Source of the DNA: Basidiobolus meristosporus CBS 931.73
Lineage: Eukaryota; Fungi; Basidiobolomycota
Length of the DNA stretch: 64,000 nt
Assembly (NCBI GenBank): GCA_002104905.1
Contig: MCFE01000204.1
Location: forward strand, 1-64,000
Reading direction: 5' to 3'
Positions 1 to 11,499 of the stretch are shown piece by piece (position 1 is the first letter of the stretch; every line of letters begins with the position of its first letter). The notes beneath the pieces are model-generated. The model was not told where the DNA came from. It saw nothing but the letters and a program-made list of their open reading frames with translations, and searched no databases. The position numbers and the translations under genes are program-made.

Positions 1-460
1 TATACTGGCCTTTAAAGAAGTTCTCTATGTACCAGAAATAGCCAAAAACCTACTATCTGCAAGCAAGGCCACAGCAGAACAACCCAGTTTCAGCTTTGAC
101 AAATCTGGATGCAGGGTCACTGATCAAAATGGTGTCCATATTGCTTTGGGTATCAGAGATCAGAATCTATACAAGTTGACTTATATTCCATCATGTCTGA
201 AAGCCAATATAAGTAACTCAAATGAAAAAATATCAATGCTTTGGCTCAGGAGATTTGGGCACATCAATTTTGATTATTTGCACAAAATGATCAAAGATCA
301 GCTAATTTCCAGAGTAAAAATTGATCCCCCCACTAATTTGGAGCAATGTGTCACCTGAATATATGGGAAACAAGTCAGACAACTGTTCAAGAGCTCTGGG
401 ATAATCAAGACCAAAAAAAAGTAGATCTAATTCACCCAGGTCTGTGTGGACCTATGCAGT
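1..460 (+). mobile_element. Degenerate Ty1/copia pol fragment (protease end, GAG-pre-integrase, start of integrase)
   Basis: Aligns by eye with the copia copy at ~33725-34190 (GIRDQNLYKLTYIP, LWxRRFGHINFDYL, DLCGPMQ); has indels and frameshifts; begins before the window. Confidence 0.9.
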
Positions 461-607
461 TAAAAGCACCTTGTTCTTTCTTCTGGTACTTTAGGGCTTC
501 CACGCCCACATTTTTAGGAAGGCATTCTTCTCCCTCAACAATATCCCAAAAACCTCTTTCTTGTAGCAGCATCTCATCCTCACCCTCTACACTTGGTAGT
601 TAGACTC
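461..607 (-). mobile_element. Inverted copia gag N-terminal fragment
   Basis: Matches 46981-47130 (minus-strand copia gag) and is joined directly to the + strand copia fragment. Confidence 0.8.
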
Positions 608-609
608 AT

Positions 610-2826
610 CTAACTGAAGTCTGGTATTCTTAAGCTTGCCAGCTTAGAGAGCTAATTCTTGAGCATCTGAAAGGTAGTTGCACTGGCTATATTCCACTTC
701 AAGGTGTTAACTTTCTTGAGGATATCAGTCAAAGGGGCTGTAATACTTACAAAGGACTGGGCAGATCTCTGATAGTTGAAAACCATTCCAAGGAATGATC
801 TGAGATCCAATATGCTATGGGGCTACTTTAGATTCTTGATGACTTCAGCTATCTCAAGGTCTAAGGTCACTCCTGTACTAGTTGCTATATGTCCCATGTA
901 TTCAACATGTGCCTTCAAGCATTCACACTTTGCTAGCTTGCCATATAGCTTCTTCTCTCTTAGCTACTTCAAGACCTTTTCAATGTGGACCAAGTGTTCC
1001 TCATCTGTCTTGCTGTATGTCAATATGTCATCTAGGTAGAGTGCCACAAACTTGTCTAAGTACTCCTGTGAGACTGTTTGCATCAAGGTTGTGAATGTTG
1101 CAGGGGCTTTGGTAAGGCCAAAACTCATGACTAAGTACTTGTGATATCCATATTGGTCCTGAATGCTGTCTCAGGGAAGTCTTCTGGTTTCATCCCTAAT
1201 CTGGTTGTATCCTGGCATAAGGTCAGTCTTGCTGAATACAGTGGCTCTATTGAGTTGGTCCAAAAGCTCATCAATCCAAGGTATGGGATACTTATTCTTT
1301 TGGGTAACTGAGTTGAGGGCTCTGTAGTCAATGCACATCCTAGGTGTTCTATCATTCTTTTCACAATGAGTATTGGTGCTCCTTATGGTGACTTTGTAGG
1401 TCTGATGTATCCCTGTTCCAGTAACTGGTCAATTTGTCTCTTCATCTCTTCCAACTCCAACAGACTCATTCTGTAAGGTGTCTTACTCACTGAAAGTCTA
1501 TCTCCTGTATCAATGGCATGATCCACATCTCTAACTGGTGATAGGGTTACAATATCATATGGAGACATGTCTGGATATTCCCTCAATAGAGTTTAGACCT
1601 TCTGGGATGCTGGAATAAAGAAATCCTCCTGTAAAACCACCATGAAGAACATCTGGGTACCTTTTCTATGCGCTCTAAAAAACTGTGTCTTGCCAAGTTC
1701 ACTTGTTTCCCACACACTGGATTTGACCAAGTTAAAATCTAGTCTGGCAGGTAACAGCCCATAAGTCTTGTTGTCCTTCTGGATCTGAGTAGTATAGGTG
1801 TGCCAGTTGATTGGTGGATTACAACAAAATAGTCAGATTTTCCAACTACAAGGTCAAACTTGCAGTTCACAAGTATATAGGCCTGTAAGTTTTCTTCATA
1901 GTTATTGTTCTGCATTCTTACTGGCTGAGTAAAGCAACTGACTATGTGAGAGTTCCCATCAGCTATTGAGACTGAAGTTGATTTGGTGAGGTCTAAGTTG
2001 ATTTCAGCTTTGAAGGTAAATTACTTTGAAATGTATTCATGTGATGCTCCTTAATCAATCATGATCTTGGCAGGCACTTCATTGTTACTCCTGAGTTAGG
2101 GGTCATTTGGGACAGGTACTCCTCTGTCATATGGAAGGTGGGCTGTGGGTCTTCTTCAAGTTCATCCTACATGTTACTATGCTCAAGGGTTTCAATATTG
2201 CTGAAGGCTCTTGTTGACTGGTGTCCATTTCTTCTCTGAAGGCTACTGGCTGACCTTTGCACTGGAGTTTCTCCTGACAGAGTTGTGCTGGTTCTGGGCC
2301 ATGGTATTCACTCCTTGGTACTGCTGGCTTAGTATCAACAGTTGCTGTTGGGCCAGGATTTGCTGCATAATCTTCTTCCATTCTTGACATCCTGACATCT
2401 TAAGGGATACTTCTCTTCTTTCATCAGGGGGGAGGTTTCTAATTATTGCTGTTACCAATTTTACAAGTCTTGATATATGAGTTGTAGAGGAACTGGGAGT
2501 TTGGCTAGTATTGCATCTACTAGAACTTGAACTGATTTTGGTTGAGTTTCCATCAGCTTCTTATATACATTTTGCCAGATTGATTGCTGACTAATTGTAT
2601 TTCCTAATGTAGATTGTAGCTGATGACTCAATTGATTGCATCATCATCACCCAATTACATCCTAGTTAATATATCTATTTCTGTCTGATAAGGATATGCT
2701 GATTCATCTGCTGACTGATAATATTCATTTAATAGATAACACTGATATACTGATTGGCTAAACATAAAACTAATTGATTTGACTAAAAGCTGATCTAACT
2801 CAAACATCAAGCAGTACAACATAATA
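610..2826 (-). mobile_element. Ty3/gypsy family A, copy A0 (5' LTR, internally deleted gag, PR/RT remnants, 3' truncated)
   Basis: Reverse complement aligns with copies at 6535-10872 and 17170-21577; remnants include PVRDVDHAIDTGD, KTPYRMS and RT segments; most of gag is deleted near 2240. Confidence 0.9.
2459..2826 (-). repeat. Gypsy family A LTR (5' LTR of A0)
   Basis: Reverse-complement match to 6535-6906 and 21210-21577; followed on the minus strand by the PBS-like TTGGTAACAGC (2448-2458). Confidence 0.85.
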
Positions 2827-2829
2827 TCT

Positions 2830-3531
2830 TAAGTTCAGATCCATCATGTATGTGATGAGTTGGTACATGGAGGACAACCCAGAAGAGTTAGAAATACTGA
2901 TAAGAGATGTCACATGGAGATGCTCATGCCTTTGGTATTAAGAAGCTAAGTAGCCTCATGTGTGGGTAATCCACTAAGTAATGCAATGCTGGGTTAGGTG
3001 CAGTAGGCAGCAAATCTTCAATAGGATAATTCCACCAGAGTATGTTGGATTTCTCCTGGCTTCAAGCCAATTCTACACCATTCAATACATAATGCACACA
3101 TGCAATAGCAAGAGTACTCTTATAAGGGAAACTCAAATTTAGCAGTAAGAAGAACTATATTAGTTAAAAACTAAAAGCTCTTTATAGATATTCAGGAGGT
3201 AATTATGGGAAAAGTGATAGCAACAAAGCATATGCTTAAAAGATGTGTATGTTACTAGCAACACAAGATATACAGCAACTTTGCAAGTGTTGCACTGAAA
3301 AGCTGTAAAGTTGAGATGATTGAAGTGTGTGATTTGCAGCAGATATGAATGTATGTAGAAGTTAGTAGGCAGGAGGCCATAGTTTTTTTTAACTCAAACT
3401 ATCTGTGGCATACCAAAAGTCATAGTGTGTAAGCAAATAAAGAGGGGGGTTTATAGTGGAATATATGAATGGCACATGGGAGTTAGAAAAAGAATATACT
3501 CTTTGGTAAAATGATGCAGTAGCATTATACA
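2830..3531 (+). mobile_element. Diverged fragment of the 3' part of the CACTA-like transposase region
   Basis: Aligns by eye with ~30480-31190 of the TIR element; many stops. Confidence 0.8.
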
Positions 3532-5149
3532 GATTCACTTGTTTTCTGTCTGATACTTTGAAAGTGTTGCCTTAATAAGTCCTGCATATATTGCTCCTAG
3601 AAGCTACTTGGCACTGCTAATAGATCACACAGTGCATTAGTCATTTAAGGCAGAAACTAATTCAAAAATCTCACTAGTTCCCAGAGTTGAGGCCCTTATT
3701 GATTTAGCTGGCCCATACGGCACAGTTTTGCATGGAATTACTTGCACACAGCTGCATCATCAAATCCCCTTACTCTTGGCTTTTTGTGGACTTGTTTTTT
3801 AACATGTTGAATATCTCCAGTGTAGATCAGCTAGTATCTGAATATTGAGCTCATGCCACAGCTTCTACTTAAATTCTTCTATCTTTGTTAGCTTTTGAAG
3901 ATATCCAGTTATGCTGCAATAATGAGCTACACCCAATTATCTTCATGATGGTTTGTCATTGGTATTTAGGTCATACAGATATCATTTGGCAAGAATCCAA
4001 AGAGATCCAACACTGGCTCTGTTGGCTCAAACTATGCCTGTAAGCTGGGGGATGGTTTTTGTCTGGATGGTACTATAGAAAAGTTGAGACTTGGTATAGT
4101 GACCAAAGTGATGGATATGAATAGGGATACAGTAGTATATTGGCATATACCTGATCTTATATGTAATGTATATGAAAACCAATGTGAATGCTGATTTTCC
4201 ATGTATCATGCATGATATACCTTGAATAGCACTGACATGAGTTGGATCATATAGTTGCCTGCCTATGATCTATTGCACCAGGTAATTTTATAGAACCAGC
4301 CTGGAGTGCCCTGCACTGACCAGTTCTTTTACTTGCAAAGACCCCTATGGTGGAGGTATTTCCAGTGGGGCCTCAAAGGTCAGTTCACCCAAAGTAACTT
4401 GCAGACAGTAGTGTGTAACAGCATGTTTAGGCACAACATGGTGCATTTGCAAGATCCTTGGTGGAGTCTGATGTGATGCTATAGGTAAATGAAGCTTGGC
4501 CTGCTCCAGTAGACTTGGGTCTAACTCAGTAATTTGACAAGCTTGGGGAACTTGGCTCTGGACCATGCACATTATCTTAATATGCATTAACTTGATGCAT
4601 AGTCCTCATCCCAAGGATGTCTTTGCAGATTGTATTGGTGGGTTCCAGTGCACCGTAATTGCATTGCTTAGTAAAGGCTTTATTGAAGCATGCTAGTGTA
4701 ATCCTGATGAAGTTGCTTGTGGTCTGTATCTTCCTGCTAAAGCAACTTTCTGATTCTTCAAGGTACTTGTTTATAATAGCCCTAGCATAATAGCTTTACA
4801 ATGCACTTAGAGTGCCAGATAGCATCAGCAGATCATTATAGTACCATATACTTTTGTGACATGTTACAAACCTCAGGAACTAGACTCAGAGTACCATGGG
4901 TAATGAATACCAGGGACTTTGCTTGGGTCCTGTGAGCTCTGATATAACATGAACAACATCAATCCCAGAAAAGTTAAAAAAGTGGACTCTATCCACCACA
5001 GTAGCTGAGACACAGGGACTGCTTTGCATGAAGATGTAGAACTATGTTCCACACTCTATGGTCAAGTCCAGGTCTACATGGCCTCCGTAGCACACTATAG
5101 CATCATTTGGTGCATATGAGTCAATGTTCCACTGTCCAATAGATATGGC

Positions 5150-5438
5150 CTATTACCTAAAATTCTTAGAGAGCACCAACTAAATTCCTTGTCAGGACTT
5201 CAAGTGTGTTTACCAATACAGCAGGAACTGAGAACATGATACTTCTCCAAGTTGTCTAAGCAGCCCAAAACTTTGCACAAATACTCTTAGCACCTTTCAA
5301 AACATTTCTCACTTGATAGCCTTGCAAAGACTGTGCAAAAGTGTAAGTATTACTTTACACTCAATATATCAGTTGGAGAAACCCACATAACTTATTGTTT
5401 GCCTGATCACTTCTAATATTTCTAAGACTCTTAAAACA
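5150..5438 (+). repeat. Old truncated copia LTR remnant
   Basis: Diverged match to the 3' ~290 bp of the copia LTR (32344-32693), ending AAGACTCTTAAAACA. Confidence 0.7.
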
Positions 5439-5446
5439 TAGCTGAC

Positions 5447-6534
5447 ATGAGTACTGATAAGAAGTGGTCTAATAATGATTTATAGGTTAGTTTCAAAATG
5501 TCTCCCCATGGACAAGACTACCATGATTCAACACTGTAAGAGATGAGAGCACACACCATGTGGGTGTGGTATAAAAGCTTTTTGGCCAAGAAGCAAGGAG
5601 ACATTATAGAAAGTATTACTCTGGTTGCAGTCAGTGTTTAGCTGCACATATCATATCTGAGCACTCACCTGACACTACTTTATCAAAATTTTCTGCTGAC
5701 CACTTCATTCATTATATTGATACTTAGTTGTACTTATCACCTTGCACAAGCTGAATCTAATATGTTTGTGGTGCCTTTTGGCAAACCTCTGCCTTATGAA
5801 TATGGCCTGTTGTGTGATAGCTCAGAAGAAGCAGGCTCATGATGGATTCTGAGCCCATCTCACTTGCATACAGCACCCTGTATGCAACTGATAAGATCCT
5901 TATATGCAATGAGACAACCCCTGTAGTGAACATGCAAAGGATACTCTGTGTAGCTAAGAAAGTCCAACAGTTCAGCAGATAGTAAACAATGAATGCTGTT
6001 ACAAGAGAAGTGGCATGTGCCTACCAGTATCTGCCATAGGGGATTTGAGGATTCAATGCTACTTCTTGCCAAAAACACTCAAAGATCCAACTCAACATCT
6101 CTACAGTACAAATGGACAGCCAGCATGCGTATGGACACATATGACCTAGTGAAAATCTTGATACCAGTATGTGTTGACATTTGCTTTGCATTTGCTTCAG
6201 AGTATACCTCTATTGCAAGGTTTCATACTTGTCATAAATCCACTTCCTTAGGTAAGAATTTTGTTTTTACTCATGATATACTCCAGTAATACCCCCATAT
6301 CAAGGAGCTCATGTGGTTTGTGAAATATTTTGAGGCTATAGAGTACAACACTCAGTTTCAATCAGCATAAATATCTCTTTTATATTTGATGACAAACAAT
6401 AAATACAACCAAGAAGCAAGGGCTACTGTGAAGGAATGTATTATCATGCCTCTACATTGGTACCTAACTGATTCCTATTGAACAATTACTATACCAACCA
6501 ACTCTGCTGACCACTGATTTTAGTCCCATGGTAT
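5447..6534 (+). mobile_element. Diverged fragment of the 5' part of the CACTA-like transposase
   Basis: Aligns with ~28330-29415 (ATGGACAAGACTAC; CVDICFAF vs CVNSCMAF); cut off by the gypsy A LTR at 6535. Confidence 0.75.
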
Positions 6535-6906
6535 TGTTATGATCTGCCACTTGAATGTTTAAGTTAGTTGAGTTTTAGTCAAATCAATTAGTTATATGTT
6601 TAGGTTATCTGTATATCGGTATTATCTATCAACTCAGTAGCATTAGTCAGCAAACAAATCAGCAGATCCTTACCAGACAGAGACAGATATATTAGGTAAG
6701 ATCTTATTGGGTGATGATGATGCAAGCAAAGGAGTCATCAGCAACAGCCTATGTTAGGAAATACAATACTATTAGTCAGCAATTGATCTGGTTAAATGTA
6801 TATAAGGAGCTGCTGGAATCTAAATAAGGATCAGTTCAAGTTTTAGTGAATACAATACTAGCTAAACTCCCATCCCTCTACGCCTCTTACACCAGGACTT
6901 GTAACA
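6535..6906 (+). repeat. Gypsy family A 5' LTR (372 bp, TGTTAT...GTAACA)
   Basis: TG...CA inverted termini, TATATAA and AATAA motifs, homologous to 21210-21577. Confidence 0.92.
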
Positions 6907-6907
6907 T

Positions 6908-6916
6908 TGGTAGCAG
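6908..6916 (+). promoter_or_regulatory. Primer binding site TGGTAGCAG, consistent with the 3' end of an initiator-Met tRNA
   Basis: Lies 1 nt after the LTR; complementary to ...CUGCUACCA. The tRNA identity is inferred from known tRNA-iMet 3' ends. Confidence 0.65.
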
Positions 6917-9900
6917 CAATATCCAGAAACATCCCTCCTGAAGAAAGAAGAAGCCTCCCTCAAGATATCTGAAATTCAAGAATGGAAGAATGCTATGCAC
7001 CAAATCCTGGTCCAGCAGCAACAGTTACTCCAGATCCTTAGCCAGCAGCAACAAGGAATGACTACCATGACCCAAAGCCAGCAAAACCCTGTCCAGAACA
7101 ACTTTAGTGTGAAGGTCAACCAGTACCATGGTAGAGTCAAAGAGAACCTGGGAACTTGTCTCTTCCAGATTGAAGAAGCTTTCAAGGCTAAAGGAATTGC
7201 TCCAGAAAGCAAGTTACATTATTCAGCCTCTTACCTGGCAGACACAGCTTTACAGTGGCACTACAACACAATCAGGGCAGCTACCATGATGGGATGCTCT
7301 ACAATCTCTACCTGGGATGAGTTTGTGTTGGAGATACAGGATGCCTTTAGGCCCCCACACCAACAGACACTACTAAGAAGAAAGTTGAAAACACTCAGAC
7401 TGAAAGGAATGGTCCGAAAGTACATCTATGAATATAGATGTCTACTTAGGCAAATTCAAAGAATGTACCCACTGGATCAAGTTGAATATTTAATGATGGG
7501 TTGAAAGAAAGAACTTGCAAGGGAGTGAATTATCAAGGACCTCAGACTATTGAAGAAGCCATCAAGATTGACATTGACTAGGACTCAGCTATGTTTGGAG
7601 TTGGGAAGCCCACAATGACTAACCAGAGAGGCTACAATCACTATGAAAGAAGACAATCAGAAGCAGTGCCAATGGAAATAGATGCTATGCAGAAGAATCC
7701 TAACTCAGAAGAATGTAAGAAGAAAGGACTTTGCTTCAATTTCCACCAGCAGGGACATATTGCAAAGTACTGCTCTCAGAGACAAATGGACACCAGCCAT
7801 CAAGAACCTTCAACCATATTGAGGCCATGGAGCATAGTAACATGGAGGATGAACTTGAAGAAGACTCAGAACTCACCATCCATATGACAGAAGAATACCT
7901 ATCCCAGATGACCTCAAACTCAGGATAACTATTATACTTGAATTGAGTAGTCATTGGAGTATCTGCCAAGATCAAGATTGACTCAGGAGCATTACATGAG
8001 TACATGTCAGAGCAACTTGCTTTGAGAGCTGGAATCAACTTGGAACCCACCAATCTACTTCAGTCTCAACAGCTGATGAGAACTCTCACATATTCAACCG
8101 TATTACTCAGCCAGTAAGGATGAAGATCAATGACTATGAAGAAGACCTACAGGCTTATATATTTGGGAACTGCAAGTTTGACCTTGTACTTTAGAGAACC
8201 TGGCTATTTTGTTGTAATCCATCAATCAACTGAAGAACCCATGCTATTCAGATCCAGAAAGACAACAAGACCTATGAGCTATTACCTGCCAGACCGGATT
8301 TTAACATGGTCAATTCCAGTGTGTGTGAAACAGGTGAACTTAGCAAGACACAATTCTGTAGAGCACTAAGAAAAGACACCCAGATTTTCCTCATGGCAGT
8401 ATCACAGGAGGATTCTTCTACTCCAGTACCCCAGAAGGTCCAGACTCTTTTGAAGGAGTATTCAGACATATCTCCAGAAGCACTTGTAAGCCTACCACCA
8501 GTCAGAGACATGGATCATGCCATAGAAACAGGAGATAGCCCTCTAGTGAGCAAGACACTTTACAGCATGAGTCCATTGGAGTTGGAAGAGATGAAGAGCC
8601 AAATAGCTCAGTTACTGGAGCAAGGACATATCAGACCCAGCAAGTCAACTTGGGGAGCACTAGTACTTTTTGTGAAGAAGAAGGATGGAACACTTAGGAT
8701 GCTCATTGACTACAGAGCCCTCAACTTAGTTAATGTCAAGAATAAGTACCCCATACCTTGGATTGATGAGCTCTTGGACCAACTCAATGGAGCCACTATA
8801 TTTTAGCAAGATTGACCTCATGTCAGGATACAACTAAATTAGGGTGAAGCCAGAAGATATCCCTAAGACAGCATTCAGGACCAGATATGGACATTAAAAG
8901 TACTTAGTCATGAGTTTTGGCCTCACCAATGCCCCAGCAACTCTCATGACACTGATGCAGACTGTCTTCCAGGAGTACTTAGACAAGTTTGTCATAATCT
9001 ACCCAGATGACATATTGATAGACAGCAAGACAGAAGAGGATCACTTGGTGCACATTGAAAAGGTCTTGAAGAAGCTAAGAGAGAACAAACTTTATGGCAA
9101 GCTACCCAAGTGTGAATTCTTCAAGGAAAACTTAGAATATCTAGGACACATAGTGACTAGCACAGGAGTAACCTCAGAACCCAAGAAGGTTGAAGTTATC
9201 AAGAATCTGAAGCGGCCCCAGAGCATATCAGAGCTCAGATCATTCCTTGGAATGGTTTCATATTATTGGAGATTTGCCAAGTCCTTTGCAAATATTGCAG
9301 CCCACTTGACTGATATCCTCAAGAAAGACAATACCTACAAGTGGGACATGGCTTGTGAAACTGCCTTCCAGATGCTTAAGAATGAACTTGGTAAGCTGCC
9401 AAGCTTAAGAATACCCAAATTCAGAAAAGAGTTTACTCTTTGCACAGATGCTTCCAGTTATGCAATTAGTGGAGTGTTGCGTCAAGAGCACAAGGGATAG
9501 GGCTACCCTGTTGCGTTTGAATCCAAGAAGCTGAACTCAGTGGAACAAAACTATCTAGTACATGAGAAGGAGATGCTTGCTATAATACACTGTTTGAAGA
9601 CATGGAGATGCTGTATTGAAGGAGTCAAATGCACTGTAAAGACTGATTATGCCTCCCTCAGTGTATATTTACTCAGAAGGTACTCTCTGGAAGAATGACA
9701 AGATGGAGTGAATACATTCAGCAATTTGACTTGGAGATTGTCTACTGCCCTGTAAAAAACAACATAGTTGCTGATGCCTTATCAAGATTAGATCAAGTTG
9801 CACAACTCAACTTGGTGCATGAATCAGATTGGCCTAGCCTATTACCAAAGTACTTGGAGGACCAAGCCATTTTTAATGAGGTGGATGATGATATCAAGAA

Positions 9901-10872
9901 GATAATCCGGGATGAAGCCAGCAAATTTGTAGTACAGTATGAAACACTCCACCAAATTGTTTATGGAAGCCCTATTGCCTATTGCCCTTATGTTTCTCAC
10001 CAGAATTTAATACATAAGCTACACAATGGATATGGACATCTTGGAATTGAAGGAACCTACAGCCTTGTGAAAGCCAGAGCATGGTGGCTCAGAATGAAAC
10101 AAGATATTGAGAAGCTAGTGAAAACATGCCCTAATTGCCAAATCAACCAAGGCCAACCATAGAGAATTGCTGAACTCTTTCCCTTGGAGCCTGTAAGACC
10201 ATTTGAAGGATGGGTAATTGACTTTATTGGAAGACTGCCAGCTACCAGGAAATGCAGCTGTTGGATCCTGGTAGCAACTGACCATGCCACTAAATGGCCA
10301 GTTGCTAAAGCTGTACCAATAGCCAGTGAACAAGAAGTTGCGAGTTTCATCTACCATGAGATCCTTATGAAGTTTGGATGCCCTATAGTGATTCTATCTA
10401 ATAGAGGTACAAACTTTATGGCGAAGGTATTGGAAGCATACCTGGAAATGCAGCAGATCAAACACTTGAAAACCTTGACATATCACCCCAGAACTAATGG
10501 AGTCACTGAACGGTTTAATGGATTATTAGGAAAAATGCTGACCAAGTATGCAAATGGAGTTGTTGGTAGATGGGATGAGCATATAGAACAAGCACTCTTT
10601 GCATGCAGAGTAGGAGCACATAACACTACCCAGCAATTGCCACTTTACTTAGTGTAAGGATGTGAACCAAGGATTCCAGGAGATCTCACACAATCAAAGC
10701 TTACAGACACCCTAGAAGATGAACTCAGTCAGCCAAGTAGACACCAGCAACTGGAACAAAGACAACAAGAGGCACAGACCATAGTATCTCAAAGTGCATA
10801 AAAGATGAAGCAGAGATGTGATAAGACTACAACACCAGAAGCATTGACAGTTGAGAACTCTGTATTGCTAAG

Positions 10873-11493
10873 GACACATGTTCACACAGAGACACCTTTG
10901 CCTATGGCATTAAGAAGCTAAGCAGCTCTAATGCATGGGTATTCAGTTAAGTATTGCAATTTTAGGTTGGGTGCAACAAGCAACTAATTTCTAATAGGAA
11001 AACTATACCAAATTATGCTGGATTTCTCTTGGTCACAAGCCAATTTTGACACCATTCAATATGGAATTCACATAAACAAGAGCCTCAGTGCACCTATAAG
11101 GGGGACTAGAATCTAGCAGGGAGAAAGAGTACATGGGCTAAATGCCAAAAAGTTCTTTGCAGATATTCAGAAGGTATTCATGGCAGAAGTGACAGCAACC
11201 AAGTATATGTTTGCCAGATGTAAATGTTGCCAGGAATACAAGGTATATGGCAACCTTGCCAGTATCACACTAAAAAGTTGTAAAGTTGAGGTGAAAGAAG
11301 TATATCAATTGCAGATGTGTATGTTTGTAGAGGTTAGTAAGCAGGAGGCCAAGGTATTTTTTGATTTGAGCTATATGTGGAAAACCCCAGGTGGTAGTTG
11401 GTATGAAAATAAAGAGGGGTGCTTCTACAGTGAAATATATGAATTGTGCAAGGGGAGGTAGAAAAAAGAAATACCATTTGGTAAATTGGTATA
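10873..11493 (+). mobile_element. CACTA-like 3' fragment
   Basis: Aligns with ~30550-31170 (MAEVTATKYMFARC vs MAEVATTKHMFARC). Confidence 0.85.
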
Positions 11494-11499
11494 CTTCCA

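Larger units (their letters stand above)
6535..10872 (+). mobile_element. Ty3/gypsy family A, copy A1 (5' LTR, gag-PR-RT-RH-IN pseudogene, 3' end lost)
   Basis: LTR, then PBS, Q-rich gag, degenerate CCHC knuckle, IDSGA protease, RT, RNase H and integrase (CPNC, IDFIG, TERFN) in gypsy order; many stops and frameshifts; joins CACTA-like sequence at ~10872. Confidence 0.95.
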
